NCBI GenBank assembly: GCA_049965455.1
Contig: JBMFWH010000002.1
Coordinates: 1,210-65,209 of the forward strand
DNA from: Thermoplasmata archaeon
GTDB taxonomy: Archaea; Thermoplasmatota; Thermoplasmata; Thermoplasmatales; ARK-15
Reading direction: 5' to 3'
DNA length: 64,000 nt
The translations under genes were made by a program, and so were the position numbers. Positions 38,244 through 46,640 of the stretch are shown one piece after another; position 1 is the first letter of the stretch; every line of letters begins with the position of its first letter. The notes under the pieces are model-generated. The model saw only the letters and a program-made list of their open reading frames with translations. It was not told the origin of the DNA and searched no databases.

Positions 38244-39526
38244 ATATCGATAAACTTCGGGGTTTTAGGGAAATATATCCGGAAGAAATGTACATCCGGA
38301 AGAGAGTATTTGAAATTATAAAAAATATAGCAGAGAACTTTGGATTTTCTCAAATAGATGGCCCTAGTGTAGAACCGTTAGAGTTGTTTGAGGTTAAGAG
38401 TGGCCAGGAACTAGTTTCTCAAACGTTTTCATTCAAAGATAAATCAGACAGATTGGTAACTCTTATTCCAGAGATCACACCTACAGTATCAAGAATGATA
38501 GCTAAGAGAAAAGACCTATCAGTGCCTGTGAAATGGTATTCTTTTCCAAAACTATGGAGATATGAAGAACCACAATCAGGCAGGCTCAGAGAATTTTATC
38601 AATTTAACGCTGATATTTTTGGAGTGTCAAATGTAGAGGCTGACGCAGAGATTATAGTACTGGCAATATCTATTTTAAACAGTCTCGGTTTAAATGGGAA
38701 GTACAAGATAAAAATAAGTGATCGGATTTTAATAGAGAACGTGTTAAAGCAGATGGGCGTAGAGAATATAGAAGAGATGTTTAGAATCATTGACAAGAGT
38801 GATAAAATATCCCAGGAAGAATTTGTAAAAATGTTAGGGAAATTTCTGAGTGATGACAAAATTTTAAAATTGACGGAATTATTAAAATTTGAAGGTTCAG
38901 CAGAGGATTTAAGATCATTAATTGGTACCGAAGACAATGAGATAAAAAATAGATTAGAGATACTTCAGACTCTGGAAAATTATTTTAAAGCATATTCTGT
39001 GACTGAATATAAATTTGATTTTGCCACTGTGAGAGGTTTATCTTATTATACTGGCATCGTATTTGAAGCAAAGGATGAGAAAGGAGAGTTCAGATCAATA
39101 CTTGGTGGCGGCAGATACGATAAGATTGTTGAGCTTTTTGGATCCAGACCCGTCCCTGCGGTTGGGTTCGGGATGGGGGATGTAGTATTAGAAATGCTGA
39201 TGAGGAGAGAAGGGTTATGGGTTAGTCCACCAGTGCAACTAGATTATTATATAATTAATGATAACAAATTCAGGGCCTATGCGATCCAGGTCCTTTCTAA
39301 AATCAGGAGCTATGGATTAATGGCAGATATAAACATGATAGATCGTACCATATCAAATCAGTTCAAGTATGCAAATAAGATTAAGGCAAAAAATGTCATT
39401 ATTATCGGGGAGCAAGAAGTTGCAAATAACTCCATATCTGTCAAGGATATGAGTTCTGGTAAACAGATTTCGTTACCTGTTTCTGATTTTTTGAGAATAC
39501 AATCTGAAAATATTTTTAAGCAATGA
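38240..39526 (+). CDS. hisS: histidyl-tRNA synthetase
   Basis: Class II motifs (RGFREIYPEE, FRYEEPQSGRLREFYQ, GGGRYD) and a C-terminal anticodon-binding domain. 4-nt overlap with hutH. Confidence 0.92.
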   Translation: MNIDKLRGFREIYPEEMYIRKRVFEIIKNIAENFGFSQIDGPSVEPLELFEVKSGQELVSQTFSFKDKSDRLVTLIPEITPTVSRMIAKRKDLSVPVKWYSFPKLWRYEEPQSGRLREFYQFNADIFGVSNVEADAEIIVLAISILNSLGLNGKYKIKISDRILIENVLKQMGVENIEEMFRIIDKSDKISQEEFVKMLGKFLSDDKILKLTELLKFEGSAEDLRSLIGTEDNEIKNRLEILQTLENYFKAYSVTEYKFDFATVRGLSYYTGIVFEAKDEKGEFRSILGGGRYDKIVELFGSRPVPAVGFGMGDVVLEMLMRREGLWVSPPVQLDYYIINDNKFRAYAIQVLSKIRSYGLMADINMIDRTISNQFKYANKIKAKNVIIIGEQEVANNSISVKDMSSGKQISLPVSDFLRIQSENIFKQ

Positions 39527-39544
39527 GGTATTTTCCCTCTTAGA

Positions 39545-41641
39545 GTGATATATATGCATTCGTTAGATCCTATATTTAAACCAAGATCAATCGCAATAAT
39601 TGGTGCGTCGAGAGAGCCTTATGCAATTGGATATACAGTAGTTAAAAATTTACTTACTACTCGATACGAGGGAAAAATATACCCGATAAATCCAAAAGCG
39701 GATGAAATTTTAAACTTAAAATGTTATCATTCGATCTTAGACGTTCCTGATCCAGTAGACCTTGCAGTTATTACAGTCCCTGCAAAGATCACTCCTGCTG
39801 TGGTAGAAGAGGCAGGAAAGAAAGGCGTCATAGGAGTAGCAATAATAGCTTCCGGATTCAGCGAAGTGGGGGAAGTAGATTTAGAAAATAAGATTGTAGA
39901 GATCGCAAAAAAGTATAGAATGAGGATTTTAGGACCAAATATAGTAGGCTTAATGAACAATCCGCTGAAGATGAACGCGTCTTTTGCCCCCTATTTACCA
40001 TACCCTGGCAAAATTGCAATGTTGTCGCAGAGCGGTGCGCTATTAATAGCATTGGACAGCAGAACATGGCTTGATAGGGTTGGTATGTCGCATTTGATAA
40101 GCATTGGGAACATGGCAGACCTGGATTTCGCGACATTAATAGAGTATTTCAGTATCGATGACCAGACAAATTGCATTTCGCTGTATGTAGAGGGCATTAA
40201 AAATGGCAAAAACTTCATAGAGGCAAGCAAGAAAGTGCTTGATAAACCGATAGTAGCGCTAAAATCAGGCGTGTCTAAAAGAGGTGCCATGGCTGCAGCT
40301 TCTCATACGGGCTCACTTGCCGGCTCTTCAAAGATATATGATGCCGCGTTTAAGCAGGCAGGTGTTATAAAGGCCACAGATTTGAATGACCTATTTGATA
40401 AATCTCTGGCACTTGCAAATCAACCACCAATGCATGGTGACAACCTGTTAATAATCACTAATGGCGGGGGCATAGGAGTTCTCGCGACGGATTCTGCAGA
40501 GAAAAATGATCTTCAGATCAAAGATCCACCGGATGATCTGAAAGAGAAGATAAAAGCTATAATTCCTGATTTCGGAAGTACGAAAAACCCGATCGATGTC
40601 ACCGGAATGGCCAATGATGAATGGTACAAAAACACTCTTTCAGCAGCGTTAGAGCATCCATGGGTAGATGGGATTGTAGTTCTATACTGCGAAGTGGCAG
40701 TGCTTGACCCGAAAGATCTGGCTGCGGCTTTGCATGAAGTCATAGCATGTTCCAGGACTACAAAACCGATCACTGTTGCTTTTGTGGGCGGAGAGCTTAC
40801 CATGAGAGCTTCTGAATGGCTCCAGAAAAAAGGTGTGCCAGTTTATCAGTCTCCGGATAGAGCAATAAAGGCAATGGCTGCATTGCGTGATTTTGGAAAG
40901 ATCAGAGAAACAGGCTTTGATATTTTTGAGCCCTATACTGACATAGACAAAGATAAAGTTAGGGCAATACTATCAGATATCAACAAAAGAAAAGTCAGAT
41001 ATGTTACTGAAATTGAGGCAAAACAGATATTTGAAGCGTATAAAATACCTACCGCAAAAAGCATGCTCGCAAAAACAGAGGATGATGCAGTTTCGCTGGC
41101 TAAACAGATTGGTTACCCTGTAGTAATGAAGATAGTATCTCCTCAAATAATACATAAAAGTGATGTTGGGGGAGTAAAAGTTAACATAAAGACCGATGAT
41201 GAAGTTAGAAAAGCATATAATCAGATAATAAGCAATGTTTCTAAAATTGATCCAAAGCCCGAGATTCTGGGGATATTGGTGCAGGAAATGGCTCCTTCTG
41301 GCACTGAATGCATAATAGGTTCCACGCAGGACCCACAATTCGGTGCAACAGTCATGTTCGGGCTGGGCGGAGTATTTGTAGAAGTATTGAAAGATGTGAG
41401 CTTTAGGATAGCCCCATTTTCCAAGAATACAGCAAAGCAGTTAATTGATGAGATAGAGGCAAAAGCTATTTTGCATGGAACCAGGGGCGAGAAACCAAAA
41501 GACCTAGAAAGTTTAGCGGAAACTATCAGCAGGTTCTCTCAGCTTGTTGAAGACTTTCCAGAGCTGAAAGAAGTAGATGCAAATCCAACAATCCTATATG
41601 AAAAAGGATTGAAAGTAGTTGATGCCAGAATAATTTTATAA
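39545..41641 (+). CDS. acd: acetyl-CoA synthetase (ADP-forming), fused alpha-beta
   Basis: N-terminal CoA-binding/succinyl-CoA-synthetase-like part (SIAIIGASREP, GPNIVG, SQSGAL, HTGSLAG) plus a C-terminal ATP-grasp (YPVVMKIVSPQIIHKSDVGGV). Confidence 0.9.
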   Translation: MIYMHSLDPIFKPRSIAIIGASREPYAIGYTVVKNLLTTRYEGKIYPINPKADEILNLKCYHSILDVPDPVDLAVITVPAKITPAVVEEAGKKGVIGVAIIASGFSEVGEVDLENKIVEIAKKYRMRILGPNIVGLMNNPLKMNASFAPYLPYPGKIAMLSQSGALLIALDSRTWLDRVGMSHLISIGNMADLDFATLIEYFSIDDQTNCISLYVEGIKNGKNFIEASKKVLDKPIVALKSGVSKRGAMAAASHTGSLAGSSKIYDAAFKQAGVIKATDLNDLFDKSLALANQPPMHGDNLLIITNGGGIGVLATDSAEKNDLQIKDPPDDLKEKIKAIIPDFGSTKNPIDVTGMANDEWYKNTLSAALEHPWVDGIVVLYCEVAVLDPKDLAAALHEVIACSRTTKPITVAFVGGELTMRASEWLQKKGVPVYQSPDRAIKAMAALRDFGKIRETGFDIFEPYTDIDKDKVRAILSDINKRKVRYVTEIEAKQIFEAYKIPTAKSMLAKTEDDAVSLAKQIGYPVVMKIVSPQIIHKSDVGGVKVNIKTDDEVRKAYNQIISNVSKIDPKPEILGILVQEMAPSGTECIIGSTQDPQFGATVMFGLGGVFVEVLKDVSFRIAPFSKNTAKQLIDEIEAKAILHGTRGEKPKDLESLAETISRFSQLVEDFPELKEVDANPTILYEKGLKVVDARIIL

Positions 41642-41702
41642 TTTTTTATTATTTTTTACATCTTTATTCGAACTTTAACAATGTGCAGGGGAAACGTCCA
41701 AA

Positions 41703-41896
41703 CTATGACAGAAATAAAGCGTTAAATTTATTACTATTTCCTTGCTTTTTTATTATATATTAAAGTGCATTGGTGATAGTTTTTCTTTAAAAAGTAAATA
41801 CCCCCTACACTTTTAATATCTTGGAGATCCACTACTTTCCGATACTTTTTAGTTATGAGTATATAAAGGTGGTCTAACGGTTTGTTTCTGGCATAG
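41703..41896 (+). mobile_element. MITE family 2, copy 1
   Basis: 194 bp with TIRs CTATGACAGAAATAAAGCGTTA / TAACGGTTTGTTTCTGGCATAG. 8-bp TSD CGTCCAAA at 41695-41702 and 41897-41904. Confidence 0.88.
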
Positions 41897-41938
41897 CGTC
41901 CAAAATAAATTTTAAATAGAAGATGGAAGTAAGAGATA

Positions 41939-42373
41939 ATGATGATAGACATATCTGAAAAACAGGATGTTCTGAGATCTGCCGTTGCCGGTGGTGAGAT
42001 TGTACTTAAAACTACAACTATTAAAGAGATAGAAAATAACAATATCAAAAAAGGCAATGTTTTCGAAGTTGCGAAGGTTGCCGGTAACAATGCCATCAAA
42101 AAAACCAGTGATTTAATTCCCTACTGCCATCAAATTTCTGTTGAAGCCGCAGATTTCAATTTTAAGATTGATGGAAACAGGATAATTGCAAGGTGCAGTG
42201 TTAAAGCACACTACAAGACTGGTGTGGAGATGGAGGCTTTAGTGGGTGTGAGCATTGCGCTGCTAACCATATGGGACATGGTTAAATATCTGGAAAAGGA
42301 TGACTCAGGAAACTATCCAATAACCTCCATAAAAGATGTGGAAGTGATTGAAAAAATAAAAGAGATAAAATAA
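41939..42373 (+). CDS. moaC: cyclic pyranopterin monophosphate synthase MoaC
   Basis: KGNVFEVAKVAG, LIPYCHQ and GVEMEALVGVSIALLTIWDM motifs. Confidence 0.9.
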   Translation: MMIDISEKQDVLRSAVAGGEIVLKTTTIKEIENNNIKKGNVFEVAKVAGNNAIKKTSDLIPYCHQISVEAADFNFKIDGNRIIARCSVKAHYKTGVEMEALVGVSIALLTIWDMVKYLEKDDSGNYPITSIKDVEVIEKIKEIK

Positions 42374-42615
42374 TGATCATCAAAGTACTCTATTTTGGGA
42401 TATACAGAGACTTGACTAAAAAAGAATATGAAAAAGTAGAACTGGACGAGGAGGCAGATACTGCTTCGTTACTAAAGTTCTTGAAAACAAAATATCCCAT
42501 CTTAGAAAAATATCCTGATATGATTATATCCTTAAACTACAGGTACTGTGATAAAACCTGCCACCTGAGCGAAAATGATGAGGTGGCAGTAATGTCTCCC
42601 GTAAGTGGCGGTTAG
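42373..42615 (+). CDS. moaD: molybdopterin synthase sulfur-carrier subunit MoaD
   Basis: 80 aa, ubiquitin-like, ending in the C-terminal Gly-Gly (PVSGG). It abuts moaC. Confidence 0.85.
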   Translation: MIIKVLYFGIYRDLTKKEYEKVELDEEADTASLLKFLKTKYPILEKYPDMIISLNYRYCDKTCHLSENDEVAVMSPVSGG

Positions 42616-43007
42616 GGTTCGATCTCGTACTCTATATCAAAAACAGTACCGCTTCTTTTTAGCATGATGCTGGCAGAACAGTATTTTTCCTGAGACAAAT
42701 CTATCGCTTTTTTCAGGTCCTTTTCTTCTATGTTTCCCTTTACAGTGTACTTTAACTTTATGCGCGTATAAACTTTGGGATATTCTTCAGCCCTCTCCCC
42801 CTCGATATATACTTTTAATCCTTTCAGGTCTGCGCGCATCTTTTTTAGAATAGTTACAACGTCACTGCCTGTGCAGCTAGCAACCCCTATCAATACAAGC
42901 TCCATCGGGGCTGCCCCGATCTTTGAATCGCCGTCAATTATTAGGCCGTGTGATGCCCTGCTAATCGCTATAAACTTTGAGTCTTCAGTCCACTCGATAA
43001 TTGCCAT
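42612..43007 (-). CDS. OsmC/Ohr-family protein
   Basis: 131 aa with paired Cys regions (GVASCTGSD and KYCSAS) typical of OsmC. Confidence 0.8.
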   Translation of the reverse strand: MAIIEWTEDSKFIAISRASHGLIIDGDSKIGAAPMELVLIGVASCTGSDVVTILKKMRADLKGLKVYIEGERAEEYPKVYTRIKLKYTVKGNIEEKDLKKAIDLSQEKYCSASIMLKRSGTVFDIEYEIEP

Positions 43008-43030
43008 TAAAGCTCATTAATAAGAAGGTA

Positions 43031-43795
43031 TTAATTAAATTTTATTTTTAAGGTGCTAATGTACTGGTATATTTCTTGGTTTCTGTCTTTAGCTAGTTTT
43101 TTTAATATCTTGTTTATTCCACTCCCGTACTGTGCAGCTTTCTTTTTCCTTGCTGCAATTTCTTCCGGCAATCCGAGAATTATCGCTGCTTTTCGGAGTA
43201 TTATCTTCTCGCTATCATTGTTTATCTTGTCTGAATCGGTGAGAGATCCTGAAAAATTTAGTATCTCTGAATCTAAGTAAGGGGTTTTAAGTGCTTTATT
43301 AAAATAGTTTGCTATCTTTCTCTCTTTAACAATTGTGGAGTTTAAAAGTTTGTTCAAATCTTCTTTCATTCTCATTGGCTCTGTCTTATATTTCTTATAG
43401 CCTCCAAAAACTTCATCGCTCCCCTGCCCTGTTAATAGAATATTTTCTTTCGCGTTTTTACACACAAAATATAATGGCAGATTAAAGGACAATTCCAGAG
43501 CATCCTGTGAAGAATCGATATTTATCAGTTCTATTATACCTTCATACACGTCCTTCTCGCTGATAACGATCTTATTTATGTTTATTCCCAAAAGTTTGCC
43601 AGCACTATCAGCAGCCTTGAAATCATGGGAGCCTTCCACTCCAACAGTATATGCAACAATACTTTTCAGTTTAGATGCAACATAGGCAAGTAAACTGCTA
43701 TCTATGCCACCTGATAAAAGTATTGCCCAGTCATCAGCAATTACATTTTGCACAGCTTTCTGAATCAAAGCTGCTAACTGTTCTTCCTTACTCAT
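43031..43795 (-). CDS. asparagine-synthase-domain (PP-loop) protein without glutaminase domain
   Basis: PP-loop LLSGGIDSS and TGQGSDEVFGGY. 254 aa only. 4-nt overlap with glyS. Confidence 0.7.
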   Translation of the reverse strand: MSKEEQLAALIQKAVQNVIADDWAILLSGGIDSSLLAYVASKLKSIVAYTVGVEGSHDFKAADSAGKLLGININKIVISEKDVYEGIIELINIDSSQDALELSFNLPLYFVCKNAKENILLTGQGSDEVFGGYKKYKTEPMRMKEDLNKLLNSTIVKERKIANYFNKALKTPYLDSEILNFSGSLTDSDKINNDSEKIILRKAAIILGLPEEIAARKKKAAQYGSGINKILKKLAKDRNQEIYQYISTLKIKFN

Positions 43796-45483
43796 AACAC
43801 TTCAAATTTTAATGTACCATCAATCAGTTTGCTCAAATTTACAATAATGTCTGAGATGTTCAATCTTACCTGCTTTGTTGAGTCACGCTCTCTCAACGTT
43901 ACTGTTTGATCACTTAAAGTTTGATAATCTACGGTTATGTTGAACGGTATTCCTATCTCATCAGCTCTAGCATACCTTTTACCTATAGACCCCGAATCAT
44001 CATAGTACGCTTTAAAATGATTATTTACTAGAAGGTCGTGAATTTTTTGGGCTTCTATGTCTAAACCGTCTTTTGACATCAATGGAAAGACAGATACTTT
44101 AATTGGCGCAATTTTAGGCGTCAATCTTAAAACGCGAAACTCTGAATCTTCACGCTCATAATACGAATTCTCAAGAAGTGAATAGAGAATACGGTCTATG
44201 CCATATGATGGCTCTATAACATTTGGAACGATCTTTTCGCTGCTTATTTTTTCAACTTTTTCTATAATGGTATATGCTTCCTTAGGAACTACTATTTCCT
44301 CTCCGTTAACCTGCACTTTTAAATCTTTTTCTTCTGTTACTTTATGAGCTTCTATTTCTTTGGCAATCAATTTTGCCTTATCTTTGAATATAGGCCCTAA
44401 TACTTTCTCTATCGGTTTATATTTCTTTATGTTTTGTGTGATAGGAGTTTCATATCTTATCGTTACTTTTAAGTCTTTTCCTGATTCTAACTCATGCTGG
44501 GTAAGATCATAAGTGCCACGATCTGCAATGCCTACACATTCTATCCATCCATATGAGCTCTCAATCTCACAGTCCCAGCAATCTATTGCATAATGTGCTA
44601 GCTCTGTGTCTGTGTGTTGCCTGAACCTGATTTTATTGGCAGGTATACCTATATCAATTAGAAATAGATGTGTTAACCCTATAAAATAGGCAATTGCCTC
44701 AGAACTAATAATTTTATTATCAACCCCGTCTTTCAAAGGCCCTGTGATATCTTGCTCATTTTTGCTGATTATCCTAACGTTCAAATCCTTTATAGTATCA
44801 AATTTTTTCCATTTTTTGTTTTTTGGGTCAAAGAATAGTTCCACTTCCGCCATATTGAATTCTCTCTGCCTTATTAACCCCTGCCTGGGTGCAATTTCGT
44901 TTCTGAACCCTTTCCCGATCTGTGCAACTCCAAATGGTAATTCTTCCCTAAAATATCGATATATGTTATTGAAATTAACAAATATTCCCTGCGCTGTTTC
45001 TGGGCGTAAATATCCAGACTTAAAGTTGCCCGGTCCTACTTTCGTTTCAAACATCAGGTTAAACTTTTCTGGTCTGGTTAACTCGCCTCCACATACCGTA
45101 CATTTTATATTAAATTTTTCAATGCCTGTAATTATGTCTTCGTTGCTTTTAATTACAAAATCAGGCACTTTCTCCTTTAATAGCTCATCCACCCTAAAAG
45201 CAGTTTTACAGTCTTTACAATAACTGATGTAGTCTGTGAACTCTTTTAAATGTCCAGACGCTCTAAACACTTCCTCGGGAGAAATGTTCGGGGTGTCTAT
45301 AAAAGCCAGCCCTTCTCTATTAACATAATAATCTTTCCAGACAGATATTATATTATCTTTTACAAGTGCTCCTATGGGCCCATAATCATAAAATCCTGAA
45401 AACCCACCATATATCTCGAATGAGCCCCAGAATATGCCCCTTCTTTTGGCAAGATCAAACAGTTTTTTGCTTAACATGTACAT
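43792..45483 (-). CDS. glyS: glycyl-tRNA synthetase (archaeal/eukaryotic alpha2 type)
   Basis: 563 aa with RPETAQGIF, FRNEI.PR, EPSYGIDR and a C-terminal anticodon-binding domain. Confidence 0.92.
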   Translation of the reverse strand: MYMLSKKLFDLAKRRGIFWGSFEIYGGFSGFYDYGPIGALVKDNIISVWKDYYVNREGLAFIDTPNISPEEVFRASGHLKEFTDYISYCKDCKTAFRVDELLKEKVPDFVIKSNEDIITGIEKFNIKCTVCGGELTRPEKFNLMFETKVGPGNFKSGYLRPETAQGIFVNFNNIYRYFREELPFGVAQIGKGFRNEIAPRQGLIRQREFNMAEVELFFDPKNKKWKKFDTIKDLNVRIISKNEQDITGPLKDGVDNKIISSEAIAYFIGLTHLFLIDIGIPANKIRFRQHTDTELAHYAIDCWDCEIESSYGWIECVGIADRGTYDLTQHELESGKDLKVTIRYETPITQNIKKYKPIEKVLGPIFKDKAKLIAKEIEAHKVTEEKDLKVQVNGEEIVVPKEAYTIIEKVEKISSEKIVPNVIEPSYGIDRILYSLLENSYYEREDSEFRVLRLTPKIAPIKVSVFPLMSKDGLDIEAQKIHDLLVNNHFKAYYDDSGSIGKRYARADEIGIPFNITVDYQTLSDQTVTLRERDSTKQVRLNISDIIVNLSKLIDGTLKFEVL

Positions 45484-45497
45484 TCCTTTTTCAGATA

Positions 45498-46370
45498 TTA
45501 TTTATAATGTTGATGCTGCGATAATACCGATATTAAATCAATATCGTAAATCATTGCCACCAGATCATCATATGCATTTTTTACCGGTAATTGGCTAAAA
45601 TCATTATCTACCATTATACTTGCTACCTTGGATATAGGGGTCTTGGTATGTGCATATACTGGGTCTTTAATCATCAACTCACTTACTTTTATGGCCGGAA
45701 TCTCCAATTTTTCTTCTAAATATAATATTTTTAATACGTTTCTTATTCCTTCCCATGTCCATGCATCTTCATCTTCGCCCATACCTACCTGGGACATGGA
45801 TGTAGATACATCTACTTTGGCGCTATTTATTATATCCCGGTCTGTGATAATTCCAACCAGGTTTAAGTCATCATCAATAATCGGAAATGCAGTTAGTTTG
45901 GTAAGAGACATAGTTTTGTAAACTACCTTTAAAGGTACATCCACATATATTGGAATACAAGGGTTACGGATGTATTTTTCTATCGGATTTGAAATGTTTT
46001 CTTCTATTATTATTTTCAAAAACTCTTTTGGAGTTATTATCCCTTGCAACTTGTTTTTATCATTAACAACGGCGATGTGTCTCCTGTTTATTTTTACCAT
46101 TGAATTTACTGCTTCTGCAATAGATTCCGTACCCATAATTTTCGGGCCATCTTTGCGCATCAATAACGCGATTTGCTCTTCTTTTGGATTTTCAAAGATG
46201 TCTCTTCTGCTCACAATACCCAAGAACGTGTCTTCCTCATCCACTATCGGTAATGCGCTGACATTCTTTTTAGCCATTAATTTAAGTGCATCTGTCCTGC
46301 TCGCCGGGGCTTTTAATACTATTGGATTTTTATTCATGATTTTTGTAATTTTATCAGTCATCAGAATCAC
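45498..46370 (-). CDS. CBS-domain protein (four CBS repeats)
   Basis: Repeated h-P-V/I-hD-x-x-x-G-I-h-T/S-x-x-D motifs (ALPIVDEEDTFLGIVSRRDI and others). Confidence 0.8.
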   Translation of the reverse strand: MILMTDKITKIMNKNPIVLKAPASRTDALKLMAKKNVSALPIVDEEDTFLGIVSRRDIFENPKEEQIALLMRKDGPKIMGTESIAEAVNSMVKINRRHIAVVNDKNKLQGIITPKEFLKIIIEENISNPIEKYIRNPCIPIYVDVPLKVVYKTMSLTKLTAFPIIDDDLNLVGIITDRDIINSAKVDVSTSMSQVGMGEDEDAWTWEGIRNVLKILYLEEKLEIPAIKVSELMIKDPVYAHTKTPISKVASIMVDNDFSQLPVKNAYDDLVAMIYDIDLISVLSQHQHYK

Positions 46371-46424
46371 TCTATAAATCTGTATAGTAAAATTGTTTCT
46401 GTATATTAAATTTATCTATAGTTG

Positions 46425-46597
46425 GTAACTGGTCACGATTATGAAGTGACGATATAACAGAAAGCGCCTTTAATACAATATATTCTAAATTTATTATTAT
46501 TACAAAATAAAATATATTATCTATTCTTTAAATTCTGAAAAATTACGCATAATACTCGCTTTTATGAAAACTTAACTTCAGAATCGTGACCTATTAC
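46425..46597 (+). mobile_element. MITE family 1, complete copy (no intact TSD)
   Basis: Same TIRs and interior as 9511-9684. The flanks ATAGTTG / CGGAAAAC do not match each other. Confidence 0.88.
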
Positions 46598-46601
46598 CGG
46601 A

Positions 46602-46617
46602 AAACGAAATATTTTTA
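46602..46617 (+). promoter_or_regulatory. BRE/TATA-like element (ACGAAA-TATTTTTA) for guaB
   Basis: Centred about 27 nt upstream of the guaB ATG, consistent with a leaderless or short-leader transcript. Confidence 0.4.
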
Positions 46618-46640
46618 TTTATAAATGTTATTAATACTCT

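Noticed and set aside
41734-42099. 121-aa minus-strand ORF between acd and moaC.
   Set aside because: It runs through MITE family 2 copy 1 and overlaps the moaC 5' end. Its translation is low complexity. It is an artefact of the repeat.
44744-45223. Long ORFs antisense to well-supported genes. Examples: 44744..45223, 52515..53018, 58074..58628, 12123..12614, 32676..33089, 34049..34468, 45970..46377, 49192..49650.
   Set aside because: Each lies fully inside a gene with clear family motifs on the other strand. Their translations are low-complexity Ser/Leu/Ile/Phe-rich, as expected for shadow frames in AT-rich DNA, and have no motifs of their own.
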